A stretch of DNA of 64,000 nt from NCBI GenBank assembly GCA_951406725.2, contig OX597822.1:99200001-99264000 (forward strand). The letters are read 5' to 3'. This stretch comes from Octopus vulgaris (Eukaryota). Each line of letters begins with the position of its first letter. Position 1 is the stretch's first letter. The notes under the pieces are model-generated. The model had not been told where the DNA came from. It saw only the letters and a list, made by a program, of their open reading frames with translations, and ran no database searches. A program made the position numbers and the translations under genes. Positions 40,939 to 53,439 of the stretch are shown in pieces.

Positions 40939-41292
40939 CATCATCATCATCGTTTAACGTCCGTTTTCCGTGCTAGCACGGGTTGGATGGTTCGACCGGG
41001 GTCTGGGAAGCCAGGAGGCTGCACCAGGCTCCAGTCTGATCTGGCAGTGTTTCTACAGCTGGATGCCCTTCCTAATGCCAACCACTCCGTGAGTGTAGTA
41101 GGTGCTTTTTACGTGCCACCGGCACAGGTGCCAGGGGAGGCGGGCAATGGCCACGATCGGTTGGTCCTTTTTACATGCCACCGGCACAGAAGCCAGTCAA
41201 GGCGGCACTGGTTTCGGCCACGTTCGGATGGTGCTTTTTACGTGCCACCGACACAGGTATCACGACTACAATTTCCATTTGATATTTATTTT
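40939..41292 (-). mobile_element. RTE 3'UTR-type repeat abutting the GPCR splice acceptor
   Basis: Near-identical to 4339-4700 and 6756-7086. Ends about 30 bp before the AG at 41318-41319. Confidence 0.85.
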
Positions 41293-41346
41293 AATCTATA
41301 TTTTAATTTTATCTTGTAGATGATTCGTAACCTGTTTGCAAGATAA
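41293..41346 (+). promoter_or_regulatory. Probable splice acceptor of the GPCR coding exon, followed by a short out-of-frame uORF
   Basis: T-rich tract ttttaattttatcttgtag| ends at 41319. ATG at 41320 opens MIRNLFAR* (41320-41346). An in-frame TGA at 41321 closes the GPCR frame upstream. Confidence 0.5.
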
Positions 41347-41389
41347 CACCAAACTGGAGCCGGACACAGCGAAGTGGGAAGACATCAAT

Positions 41390-42499
41390 ATGTCCCTGAG
41401 TGACAACATGACATACACACTACCCACTTGGGCTAACGAGACAACAGTTCTCAGCCAAAAACAACTTGAGCAGATCAAAGCCTACCAAATCTCAATTTCC
41501 ATCCTCATCTATGTTCTTCCAGTGATAATTATCATGGGAACAATAGGGAACATTCTCAGTTTCATCATTTGGATGAAACGTAAATTACGAAGAACATCGA
41601 CTTTTTTTTACCTTGCCATGCTGGCAATCTCGGACACTGTATTCCTCCTAATAAGTGGTCTCAAGACATGGATTCGTATGTGGTCTTACATAGAACTCTT
41701 ACACGTTTCTGTCTTTAGCTGTAAAGTAATAATATTTATTATAAACTCTTCCTTACATATATCTGCCTGGTTGATTGTAGCAGTGACTGCAGAAAGGTTC
41801 CTGGCGGTTTGGTTTCCTTTGCGCGCGAACGGCATGTGCAGTTTCCGTCGAGTCAAAATTGTTACTGCTACGATTGTCACAGTATTTCTATTGCTCAACT
41901 CACATTTCTTTTGGACAGCAGAACTAGTAAGTACTGACAACCCCGAGAGCCCTGACAAACTAGAATGCACAAGTAAAATGATCAAAATTTGTGTTTATTT
42001 CCCATGGTTCAACATGGTCCTCTTCTCTGTGATTCCCTCTGTTCTACTTCTTATATTGAACCTGCTCATCATATTCTGCTTACTGAAGCATCGTGAAACA
42101 TTGAAAAGTGCCATGACAAAGGACGATCAACACATGCGAAGCATACACCGCCGACTTGCAGTCATTCTTTTAACTATTTCCTTTGTATGGATTTTCACAA
42201 CAGTTCCTAACACCCTCACTTCCATCACTAAAAAATCCAGGAAGGACTTAGAAAGCCTGGCTGAGGCCATACTCTTACGAGTACTCAGTTACATTCTTCT
42301 TTACATCAACCATGCTATCAACTTCTTTCTCTACTGTTTAACTGGCAGGCTTTTCCGTATAGAATTAAAAAAGTTATTCTGCTGCAAATCACAGAAGAAG
42401 CATCGTCAGATAATTGTTTTCAAAGCCAGCAACAATGACAGTGCACATCCACTCATGGAACAACACAAAATACAAATAGTTTATAAACGCAGCCAGTAA
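41390..42499 (+). CDS. Rhodopsin-class (class A) GPCR, FMRFamide/peptide-receptor-like orphan, single coding exon, nested antisense in the TRPM intron
   Basis: Open frame of 369 aa from the first in-frame ATG (41390); the track's TTG start at 41336 is less likely. Seven hydrophobic segments with TM1 GTIGN, TM2 LAISD, TM3 Cys and TAERFLAVWFPL, ECL2 Cys, TM5 P, TM6 TTVP and TM7 NHAINFFLYC. N-terminal sequons NMT and NET. No stops or frameshifts. Confidence 0.95.
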   Translation: MSLSDNMTYTLPTWANETTVLSQKQLEQIKAYQISISILIYVLPVIIIMGTIGNILSFIIWMKRKLRRTSTFFYLAMLAISDTVFLLISGLKTWIRMWSYIELLHVSVFSCKVIIFIINSSLHISAWLIVAVTAERFLAVWFPLRANGMCSFRRVKIVTATIVTVFLLLNSHFFWTAELVSTDNPESPDKLECTSKMIKICVYFPWFNMVLFSVIPSVLLLILNLLIIFCLLKHRETLKSAMTKDDQHMRSIHRRLAVILLTISFVWIFTTVPNTLTSITKKSRKDLESLAEAILLRVLSYILLYINHAINFFLYCLTGRLFRIELKKLFCCKSQKKHRQIIVFKASNNDSAHPLMEQHKIQIVYKRSQ

Positions 42500-43226
42500 A
42501 CCAACAACTTGACTTTAGAATGCAAACACAAAAGAGATGACCACCTCACCCCGAAAATAATGACTGATATTTTACAATAGTTTCAGAGTAAGAATTATAG
42601 AAACATACAGAATTATGTAGAGTTATGTAGAGTAGGAATTATACAGCGTGGATAAATTTCTAAACAATCTTTGTCAATAATTCAAGAGTAATATAAAACA
42701 AGACATAATTCTTTTTAAACAACATTATTCACAAGTTAATGGAGAACATGATTATTTCATTGAATTAATTCTAAAATGAAATCAACTGAGAAAGATTTAT
42801 TTTATATCCTAAAACATTATCAAAAGATAAGAGACAAAGATTTATAAAAAATAATAATATAATTTTGAATATCAATCAGAGAATGTCATTAAGTAGTCAC
42901 TCTACACTGTCACAAATTTTTGCTGTACTTTTCAATGAAATTGGTTCTCTTTATAATCATCAACTTCATAAGAAGCAATTACTAGATGGCTGCTAAGATA
43001 AAAATTTCTAGTTAAATATGTCACAGTTTCCATAATGTGAAATGGTGAAAAATGAGCTTGGCGTGAGGTGGAGGTTAAAAATTAATAATCCTAATGAAAA
43101 ATAATATTTAATTTTTACAATTAAAAAAAAACTGCTTTTGTATCCTCTTTAAAACAAAATAATAATAATAAAAAAAAAACTGAACGAAAGCTGAAAATAA
43201 CACCATTTTTGATTTAATTAAACTAT

Positions 43227-43260
43227 AATAAATAGATAAACATGGAGATAAAATAATAAA
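43227..43260 (+). terminator. Candidate AATAAA polyadenylation signals for the GPCR
   Basis: AATAAA at 43227 and 43255, within a repeat-poor AT-rich stretch downstream of the stop. Such hexamers are common by chance in this composition. Confidence 0.25.
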
Positions 43261-44384
43261 GCAATTCATTTTTATATGCCGTTTTTAGAATAATGAATGT
43301 ATCATCTAGAAAAAGAGCAACTTCATACTTTCTCAAATTAAAAAGAGAATTAGAAAGTTAATTTTTTTTTTTTTGTAATTTAGTTATGAGTAGAAACAAT
43401 AAATATCAATGAAATATATATATAAGCATAATCCTTCTGAAACCAACCAATCAGTTTCTACCATACAAACTTTCTGTTTTAAAGTGATCTAAAGTAAAAA
43501 CCTTCCATGAAAATTTCATGTTACTTTATGCTCCAAATTTTGATAAACTCTTCATTAAAAATTAATTGAAACAAAAGCAATAGATTTCAATGGAAATATA
43601 GTAACAAAAGGGGTGAAGGGAATAATCTGATAATTTACATAAAGGAAACACATTAGAAATAAAAATAAGTAAGCATAAACCAAAATTAGCAATAGATAAA
43701 TAATTAAATAAATTCCTCAATCAAATATGCTTATTTGGCTTATGACAGGTTGCTCTACAAAATCTAACAGAAAGTAAATCACCAAATCTTAATGCAATTA
43801 CCAAAGAGAAACACAAATATAAAACAACCATTACAGTTGCAGAGTTATTTTTTAGTTTAGTGCCACAGCTAAAGCAATAATACGTGAATCGGGTCTTCTC
43901 CAAAATTGTCTTCATACAATTTCCATAGAACACAAATACAGAATCTTAAGACATTTGCAGCTTCTTTAGTTTCAATTTGCTGGAAAATTGTTTCAGAATT
44001 TGAATCCTATTTAAAATGTTGTACATTATCTCCATTAACAATATCTCTACAGAAAATCGTGGCAGCAGTTTATGTGTTTTAACAATAATCGAATAACCGC
44101 TTGCTTAATTGAACTAAATCCATTTGGAAAAGATACAAAAATTAGGAACCTTATTTTCCCATTTGAAAATCAGAATCATGTGGCTTTATCTTTTCATCAT
44201 TATATAAACATGTTGGGGGATTTTCTTTCCTCATTATACACACATCTGCATAACATTGATCCAAGCCTCAATTTCTATCATGTGACCATAAATAGGAAAC
44301 AGTTTTCAAGATTGCGTTGGTTCTCTTTTTGCTACCTCTAAGTTGTAGGTGTGCTTTCCATATTGTGTTTGTTCTTTATATATG

Positions 44385-44427
<43 letters not shown>

Positions 44428-44450
44428 ATGCATGCGTGTGTGCATGTGTT

Positions 44451-44481
<31 letters not shown>

Positions 44482-45172
44482 GATATCCAATTCCAATAAA
44501 GAAAATAGGAAGAAAGAGACAAAGAAGAACAAGTTGAGACACAATCTAGTCTCAAAACTTCAAACGTGCAACAGAACACTTCATCAAATTACGCATCCAG
44601 CCGAGATACTAAAAGGAGGAAAAAAAAACTAGGTGAAATAGCTGTTATTTATTGCCATGAACACCAATAAAAAAAATTAAAAGATTTTTGCCCCCAAAAA
44701 AAAACAAAAACAAAAACAAAAAAAAAACAAAACATTGCTGTCATCATGTGAAGAATTATTTCTTCAAAAATGAATCAACTTAATAAACCATTAAACTCAG
44801 AGAAGAGAAAGCAGGTCTGTATAACATTAAACATTGATTTATGAATGTTTTCAGTGTTCACTGCCGGAGTTGGAAGATTATAACCAAATTACCAAAACTA
44901 AGGAATGGGCTTTTGTGTCTTGAATACAATGATGGATTTGTAGCATGGCTCAAGAACTACAGACCAAGAACGCTATTTAAATTGATAGTTTTGTTGTTCT
45001 TGTTTTGTGATGACTATCAATTATATAATTGTTATATTATCATAAATAATTTATTAAAACAACTGTTACTATGGTTACTATTTTTTTTTTATCAATGTAA
45101 ATATTTGTAACATTTTTGGTATGTGTTTTTTTATAAGAGTTAAAAAAAAATAACAAAAATGTTTAAGATATA

Positions 45173-45337
45173 GGCGCAGGAGTGGCTGTGTGGTAAGTAG
45201 CTTGCTAACCAACCTCATGGTTCCGGGTTCAGTCCCACTGCGTGGCATCTTGGGCAAGTGTCTTCTGCTATAGCCCCAGGCCGACCAATGCCTTGTGAGT
45301 GGATTTGGTAGACGGAAACTGAAAGAAGCCTGTCGTA

Positions 45338-45380
<43 letters not shown>

Positions 45381-45597
45381 TTGTGTGTCTGTGTTTGTCC
45401 CCCTAGCATTGCTTGACAACCGATGCTGGTGTGTTTACGTCCCCGTCACTTAGCGGTTCGGCAAAAAGAGACCGATAGAATAAGTACTGGGCTTACAAAG
45501 AATAAGTCCCGGGGTCGATTTGCTCGACTAAAGGCGGTGCTCCAGCATGGCCGCAGTCAAATGACTGAAACAAGTAAAAGAGAAAAGAGAGAAAGAG
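45173..45597 (+). mobile_element. tRNA-derived SINE family A (about 430 bp, internal TA/TG microsatellite), full-length copy
   Basis: Pol III A-box TGGCTGTGTGG and B-box GGTTCAGTCCC, body ttgggcaagtgtcttct...gaaactgaaagaagcc, then (TA)n(TG)n. The second half ends gcatggccgcagtcaaatgactgaaacaagtaaaagag. Confidence 0.85.
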
Positions 45598-45606
45598 ATA
45601 TAAAAC

Positions 45607-45640
<34 letters not shown>

Positions 45641-45959
45641 ATGTGCATATGATTGAATTTGAATTTGAGAAAAAAAATCCCATCCATTTATGTATCATAG
45701 AAATTAAAGTGATATTTTTAACATAGTGGATATGAAACTGAAATGTTTTTGGCACGTGGATATTGGTTAAATACCACTACTTTTGTTTTGGGCTATTTTC
45801 CAACAAAGGAAGCAAGAAGTGTCTTGTAGGTAGTTGACATTTATACAACTGATTAACTACAACAGCTACACACTGCTAAACTTGATGACAATTCTTATTA
45901 TATCAACTGACAATCTTTGTTGATAGGGCTTCCAAGTATATATACCTACGCAAGTACAA

Positions 45960-46390
45960 AGCACACACACACACATAAGTACATATCTATATATGTATAT
46001 TATGTGAGTGTGCCTATGTACACCCACCCACACACACACATATTTATATATATATGTGTGTGTGTGTATATATATGTATATATATTTATGTGTGTTTGTG
46101 TGTGTAAATGTAAATCTATATGCATTTAAATCTATATTAATGTGTGTATGAACACACACATATATATGAAGGCATATATATAATATATACATATGTGTAT
46201 ATATAAATGTTTACATAAATGTACATGTGTGTGTATATGTATATATGTGTGTGTGTGTGTATATACATACATATCACTCTAAGTAGATATATGTATATGT
46301 GCGTGTATACATATTTATAAATATAAAAGTGTATATATCAATATATGTCTATATATATAAGCATGTATATTTATATGTGTACACACACAA
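45960..46390. repeat. Degenerate TA/TG/CA microsatellite field
   Basis: Direct inspection. Confidence 0.85.
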
Positions 46391-47176
46391 AAAAAAAAAC
46401 TTATGGATTTAAATAATATATAAATACAGGTATGGCTTTGTGGTTAAGAAAGTCTCTTTCCAACCATGTGGTTTTCAGTTCACTCCCACTGTGTGGCACC
46501 TTGGGCAAATGTCTTCTACTACAACCTTGATTCAACAAATGCCTTGGGAGGAAATTCAGTAGACATTAACTGTAAGTTTGTCCTCAACATACACACATAT
46601 TTCTATATATGTGTTTGTTCCCCCAACAGTACCCTACAACTAATGTTCATTTGTTAACATTGCAGTACCTTAGAAGTGTTGCAAAACGGGCCAATAGAAT
46701 AAGTAAGAGGCTCCAATAGAAGTACAGAGATTGATTTGATTGACTAAATTGGAGGTTCTCAATTATTTTTTATCTCTAGTTCCCTTTGATTACTATTTGA
46801 TTCTGGTGGATCTCCATAGCCAGTCAATGTTTAAATATCAGCAGTTGTTGACTGCCATGACACTGCATCCTTTAAGGCCCTCATGCTTTCCGAAATCCGC
46901 CGAAACTACACCTGATTATATATACACTTTAGATGAGTTGTAGTGCACCTGAGCACTGTACACAATTATTATTATTATTCTTTCAAAATTCCTATTTTGT
47001 TTTTCACACAATAACTTGTGTAGGTTGAACTATGTAAAATGTTAGAGAAAGAAACCTGGCTGTTTCGTGCAATACACACCAATATATACAATATATACAT
47101 ACCAATATATACATCTAGGGGCTCTTAAAAAAAACTATTGCAGATTCACAATCTACTATTTCGTTGTGTGACCCCA

Positions 47177-47500
47177 CATCATCATCATCATCGTTTAACG
47201 TCCACTTTCCATGCTAGCATGGGTTGGACGGTTAGACTGAGGACTGGCGAACCAGATGGCTGCACCAGGCTCCAATCTGATCCGGCAGAGTTTCTACAGC
47301 TGGATGCCCTTCCTAGTGCCAACCACTCCGAAAGTGTAGTGGGTGCTTTTACATGGTACTGGCAATGGCCACACTCAAATGGTGCTTTTTATGTGCCACC
47401 TGCACAGGAGCCAGTCCAGCGGCACTGGCAATGACCTCACTCGAATGTTTTTTCATGTGCCACCAGCACAAGTGCCAGCAAGGCGACGCAGGTAACAATC
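47177..47500 (-). mobile_element. RTE 3'UTR-type repeat copy
   Basis: Family sequence. Further copies lie at about 7990-8230, 40192-40425, 47862-48148 and 60958-61270. Confidence 0.75.
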
Positions 47501-48148
47501 ACCCCACTGCAAATCTTATATGGACCCTCAGATGCCATATGGAACCTGTCTGAGAACCACTGGACTAAACCCTCCAACGCAGTGTCCCAGCATGGCTGCA
47601 ACCCAATGACTGACACAAGTATGAAAGATGATAATCCATAATGATGGTGTGTGAAAGGGCTCGCAAGTCAATTTTACAAGACATACAGTGGTTCATAAGG
47701 ATTATCCCTCACAAGTGATCTTATCAATATAGAGGAAGTAACAATTTTTGTCTGTCACCTATACATCTAACCATTCAGATCAGCAATGGCACTGAATAGT
47801 CCTTTGAGAGACAGCAATCATTTGTATGACTATTTTCAAATGGTTTTCATCTTCCTTGACACATCATCATCATCATTTAACGTCCGCTTTCCATGCTAGC
47901 ATGGGTTGGACGGTTCGACTGGGGGTCTGGGAAGCCAAGAGGCTGCACCAGGCCTAGTCTGATTTGGCAGGGTTTCTATGGGTGGGTGCCCTTCCCAACG
48001 CTAACCACTCTGAGAGTGTAATGGGTGCTTTTACATGCCACAGTCATGGGTGCTGGTTGCGTGATGCCAGTATCCGCCATGACTACAATTTTACTTGGCT
48101 TGATGGGTCATGTACTCAAGCACGGCATGTTGCCAAAGGTCTCGGTCA

Positions 48149-48192
<44 letters not shown>

Positions 48193-49169
48193 GGTGTGGA
48201 AGCACAATGGCCCAGTGGATTCTTGGTCATAGGATCATAGTTTCGATTTCCAGACTGGGCATTGTGAGTGTTTATTGAGCGAAAACAACTAAAGCTCCAC
48301 GAGGCTCCGACTTTCTCTCACTTTTTCTTCTGTTGGCCTGCTCACTTAGCCAACGGGGTGGTGTCATTTGAAGGCTAAAACAATGCGAAGCGCATTGTGA
48401 CCAGCGATGTGTAGCAACATCTGATAGCCTGGTTGGTCACGTGATATACATACATACATACATATATATATATGTATATGTACACATACATGTGTGTATG
48501 TATGTACCCCTTGACTTGACAACTTGTGATGGTTCAAAGTGACTATCACCACCATCATACAAGTGATAATGTTCATTTCCAATCTTCTGTGAAAAACATG
48601 TCTGACTATAGGGAAATCTTAGCATGCTTGGAACAAGGTGAGGGTTGGTGAGAGAGGAAGGGCATCTGGCCATCTGACCTATGCAAATATGGAAAAGTGG
48701 ACCTTAAACGTGATCAACATTCCCTTAAAGTCCACTTTTCCATGCTTGTATGGGTCAGACAAAATTTGGCAGATTTCCTGCGGTTGGATATCCTTCCTGT
48801 CGGCAACCTACCCGTTTTCAAAGATGGTGATATTTCCCCATAACCTTCAGATATGAACAATACAACTGCTGGACATGTTTCCACAGAAGATTGCAAAAGA
48901 GTGACACTATTTGTATGACAGTAAGGATCATTTAAAACCAGCATGTGATCTCAAAAACAAGGGGACACACACACACATTCATCAGGTGTCTTTCAGGTTC
49001 CATCAACCTAATCTACTCACAGGGCCTTGGTTGGCCAAAGGTTATAGTAGAAGACATTTTTTTTTAAGATGCCACACATTGGGGCAGAACTTGAAACCAC
49101 ATGGTTGGGAAGCAAACTTCTTAACCACACAGCCATGCCTCCACCTGTACTTGTGTGTTAGTCTGTCTG

Positions 49170-49217
<48 letters not shown>

Positions 49218-49780
49218 TGTGTGTGTGTGTGTGTAATGGGTTTCATGCATTCATTTATGAGTGTGTTTGTTTCTTCCCAATCAGAATTGCAATCCCTCCT
49301 AAATAGTTCATAATATATATATATATATTGTATTTTGAACAACTTAATTATTATTGAAATATAAACATAATATTTACTATATACACAAAAATAATGTTCA
49401 TGCAGTTTTTCTATTTGATTTATTTACATGCTTTATAATTGTTTATCTTAAATAAAAAATATTTTTCTTTGGAAAATGATTTTGTTTTCAAAAAGAAAAA
49501 TAATGAATCTCTTATATCGTCGTCAGTGTCATCGCTGCCACCATCATCACCTTTTTAATGTTTGCATGGGTCAAACAGAATTTGGTGAGACATATTTTCA
49601 ATGGTAGGATGCCCTTCCTGTCACCAACTCTCACTTGCACCTAAGTAAGGTAATATTTCCCCCATGGCCAGACAGGTTTTTTCACAGAAGACTGAAGTAA
49701 ACAACACTGCCTATATGAGGGTGATGCTCATTTACTAACACCATGTTATATCAAGTTGGGGGTCAAGACAAACATGCGTA

Positions 49781-49993
49781 CGAAGGGGTGCTGAAAAGTT
49801 CCCGGCTTTAAGGATATCGCAAAAGGCCTGGTTGGAAACCCGGCCTTCTGAGTTCTTTTACAGGGTTAAGAAAACCTGAAGGATCATTGCGATAAGTATG
49901 TGAATCTGAGAGGAGAATGTGCTGAATGAAATTATAACTGATCCTCCTGTATTTTCTTCTACCCAAAGCCAGGAACTTTTCAGCACTTCCTTG
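49781..49993. mobile_element. Mariner-type MITE
   Basis: TA|CGAAGGGGTGCTGAAAAGTTCC...GGAACTTTTCAGCACTTCCTTG|TA; a partial end also occurs at about 2062. Confidence 0.8.
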
Positions 49994-50574
49994 TATATAT
50001 AGATACAAGTACTTGTTCTTGTGACAGCAGTCACACTGAGTGGGTTGAACCCAGCTCTGACAAACTTCACCATGTCCCTCACGACTGCTGACTACATCTG
50101 ACAGCCGGCCTCAGCAGGAATACAAGTTCACATGTGGTTCCTGATCACATGCATACACACTTTGGTATAGTGTGATCCATAACATATCAACTTGTCAACG
50201 ATTGTTGACCATCACAGAGGATTTTCTGACCAAGTCACCATTGATTATTGGAAAAGTCATAGACTGGGTTTGGAGTAGGTGGTACATATGCTATTAACCC
50301 ATAGCTAGGACCCTAACAAGTGCTACTACTCCAGGTCAAGTAGACTTGAGATCATCAGTGGCTAAAGGGTGGTGCCTCACTCCTCAAAACATTATGCTAC
50401 CTTATTAATAATAATTTCGCTTTTGGATTTGACTCAAAACTATTGAAAAGGTTGCAAAATGCAACAAAAATTTTAGAAAAATAAAGAAGAAATAAGTGGA
50501 AATTTTACCGGTGAGTGTCTTAAATTATAAGGCACCAAAAGAGAATGACTCTCCCCAGACACAACAGAATAATA

Positions 50575-50770
50575 AAGCCTGAAAATTTGGGGGAGGGGAC
50601 TAGTTGATTAGATCGACACCAGTGTTTCACTGGTACTTAATTTATCAACCCTGAAAGGATGACATGCAAAGTTGGTCCTGGCCTAATTTGAACTCAGAAT
50701 GTAGCGACAGATGAAATGCCGCTAAGCATTCTGCCCAACGTGCTAACAATTCCGCCAACCTGCTGCCTTT

Positions 50771-50812
<42 letters not shown>

Positions 50813-51200
50813 CCTTTCTACTATAGGCACAAGGCATTGAAATATTGGGGGAAGGTTAAGTTCATTACATTGACCACAGTACTTGGCTGGTACTTATTTC
50901 ATTGATCCCAAATGGATGAAAGGCAAAGTCGATGTCAAGGTAGATGAAATACAGCTAAGCATTTCACCTGGTGTGGATAATAATAATGGTTTCAAATTTT
51001 GCCACAAGAGCAGCCAATTTGGGGGAGGGGATGAATCAATTACATCGACTCTAGTGCTCAACTGGTACTTCTTTTATCGACCCCAAAAGGATGAAAGGTA
51101 AAGTTAACATCAGTGGAAATTGAACTCAGAACATATCGACAGATGAAATACTGCTAAGCATTTCACCCGGCATGCTAACCACACTGCCAGCTTGTCATCT
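50575..51200 (-). mobile_element. Tandem array of SINE family B units just downstream (TRPM sense) of the S1-S2 exon
   Basis: About 3 units separated by (AAT)n. Confidence 0.75.
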
Positions 51201-51309
51201 TGATAATAAGATAATGATGAAGAAAAGAAATCAACAGCAGTAACAGGTACCATTATGTAGGGAATCAGAAAATAAAGAAATGGAAAGAAGAAAAAGAAGT
51301 GATACTTAC

Positions 51310-51438
51310 CATGCGCATCTTTTCTAATGCAAGAGTTCCGATGTATGCAATAACATAATACTCCTGCCAGCGTGGCACTGGTAAAGTTCTTAATAACACA
51401 ATATATGTGAAACAAAACAGGAATGTCATATAAGAAAT
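51310..51438 (-). CDS. TRPM: TRPM exon: transmembrane S1-S2 (ISYMTFLFCFTYIVLL...WQEYYVIAYIGTLALEKMRM)
   Basis: Acceptor tttccttcag|ATT, donor ATG|gtaagt; 129 bp, phase 0/0. Matches TRPM S1/S2 (P..QE..VI.YI.TL..EK.R). Confidence 0.93.
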
Positions 51439-52150
51439 CTGAAGGAAAAGAATAAGAAAAAAAAAAAGAATGATTAAATTAGTTATTTTAAAAAAAAAAA
51501 CAGGAAAAAATATAAACTGAAAATTTACGGAAACATCATCATCATCATCATCATCAACATTTATGGAAGCTGAAAATTTATGGAAAACTTCATCAACATT
51601 TAATGTCCACCGGGTTCCATAGTCTGTTTTGGATTGGTTTCTACAGCTAGATGCCCTTTCTAATATCAACCATTTTACAGAATGTACTTGGTGCCTTTTA
51701 CATGGCACCATCACCAGTGGTTTTTTTTTTTTATGTGGTACCAGCACCCATACCAATGCCTTTTAATTGGAACCATCAATTCTGCTGTGGTGGGTGATAT
51801 GAAGCGGATCTAAAACAACAAGAAATTATTATTTTTTGCACAAGAAAAAGCTAAGGCAAAATCAAATTAGAGTTGTAAAATATAGGAATTGAATTTCATC
51901 AAAGAAAAGCCATTGTTAGCCATCTAAAAACATACAAAACCATAAAATTTATCCATCCATCTTCTCCACCCACCATTCCTGGAAAGGTTAAAGGAGTTGA
52001 GTCCTCAGGTTCCCCTTTCATAGTGTCCTAACAGAAGCGATAATCAGCATTAGACTTTTCAGCTGGATTCTTAAGCATGACTGACTGAGACTATGGCTAT
52101 TATGCAACCATCTCATTCATGGTCTACCCCTAGGTATCCTGCTTGTTGTA

Positions 52151-52345
52151 AGGCAGTGAGCTGGCAGAAACGTTAGCATGCCGGATGAAATGGTCAGCAG
52201 TATTTCGTCTGTCGCTACGTTCTGAGTTCAAATTCAACTTTGCCTTTCATCCTTTCGGGGTCGATAAATTAAGTACCAGTTATGCACTGGGGTCGAGAAA
52301 ATTGACTTAATCTGTTTGTCCTTGTGGGCAGTAAAGAAATAGGTA
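52151..52345 (+). mobile_element. SINE family B copy
   Basis: ggcagtgagctggcagaaacgttagc...gttctgagttcaaatt...gcctttcatcctttcggggtcgataaattaagtaccag (tRNA-like head plus conserved central domain). Confidence 0.8.
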
Positions 52346-52798
52346 TCCTGCTGGTTGGCTTGACTTGAAGAAGGTGTCTTGCAATTCTTTCCTGTGACAT
52401 TCTAACCACATGTGCTTAGTACCAAAGATGTGGTTTCTCAATACAGAGAAATAGCTGCTTGACATGGAGAGATTCTTTGCACCCTGCTGAGTAATGTGAC
52501 TCAAGAGGTCCTTTGAAGGAACCCTGGAAACCCTTCTTGACCACTTGTATTCGTAATCATATTCTTTCAGTCATTACCTATAATTCATGAAACTTATTTG
52601 ACATTTTTTTCCCTGAGGTGTCACAATTTTCATTGTATCACTACTACCTGGCAGCATTGGAACTGTGTTGCCATGAATATAGGAAATTGTGAAATAACAA
52701 AGGTGTCAATTTTTTCTGTCAAATTGGGTAGGCTCTAATGAGAACAAAACAATGTCAAGGTTGTAATAGAATTTTGGATATGTGCTCTGAAAATTTTG

Positions 52799-53182
52799 GG
52801 AGTGGCTGTGTGGTAAGTAGCTTGCTTATGAACCACATGGTTCTGAGTTCAGTCCCACTGCATGGTGCCTTGGGCAAGTGTCTTCTACTATAGCCTTGGG
52901 CCGACCAAAGCCTTGTGAGTGGATTTGGTAGGCAGAAACTGAAAGAAGCCCGTCGTATATATGTATGTATATGTGTGTGTGTGTGTATTTGTGTTTGTCC
53001 CCCCAACATAGCTTGACAACCGATGCTAGTGTATTTATGTCCCCATAACTTAGCGGTTTGGCAAAAGAGACCGATAGAATAAGTACTAGGCTTACAAAGA
53101 ATAAGCCCTGGAGTCGATTTGCTTGACTAAAGACAGTGCTCCAGCATGGCCACAGTCAAATGACTGAAACAAGTAAAAGAGT
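52799..53182 (+). mobile_element. SINE family A copy
   Basis: Family match. Older copies lie at about 34405-34765 and 56283-56635. Confidence 0.8.
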
Positions 53183-53439
53183 ATATCCCAAGAAATAAAT
53201 GGGTAGTGAATTTGAACACTTTTTCTGTATGATTTTAAACAACTAAACTGGCTCCTTCCATGAAGGAACTGCATCAGCTTCAACATATGAGTCTCAGATA
53301 AAATCATTTGCTAGACAAATACATCTTCATCATCAATTAATGTCCATGTTCCATCCTTACAGAGGTTGGATGATTTGACAGGATCCGACAGGTCTGATGT
53401 CTGTATCATGATTTGAGCAAAACTAAAACTTGCTTCTGT

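Noticed and set aside
41336-41389. N-terminal extension of the GPCR from TTG 41336
   Set aside because: Non-ATG start in a eukaryote, and the frame is closed by TGA at 41321; the first ATG at 41390 is preferred.
41686-41985. 99-aa minus-strand ORF overlapping the GPCR as a possible TRPM exon
   Set aside because: It is an antisense shadow with no TRPM similarity, and the flanking TRPM exons already join without a gap.
45173-45250. tRNA-like A/B boxes
   Set aside because: These are SINE heads without a complete cloverleaf; no true tRNA gene was recognised.
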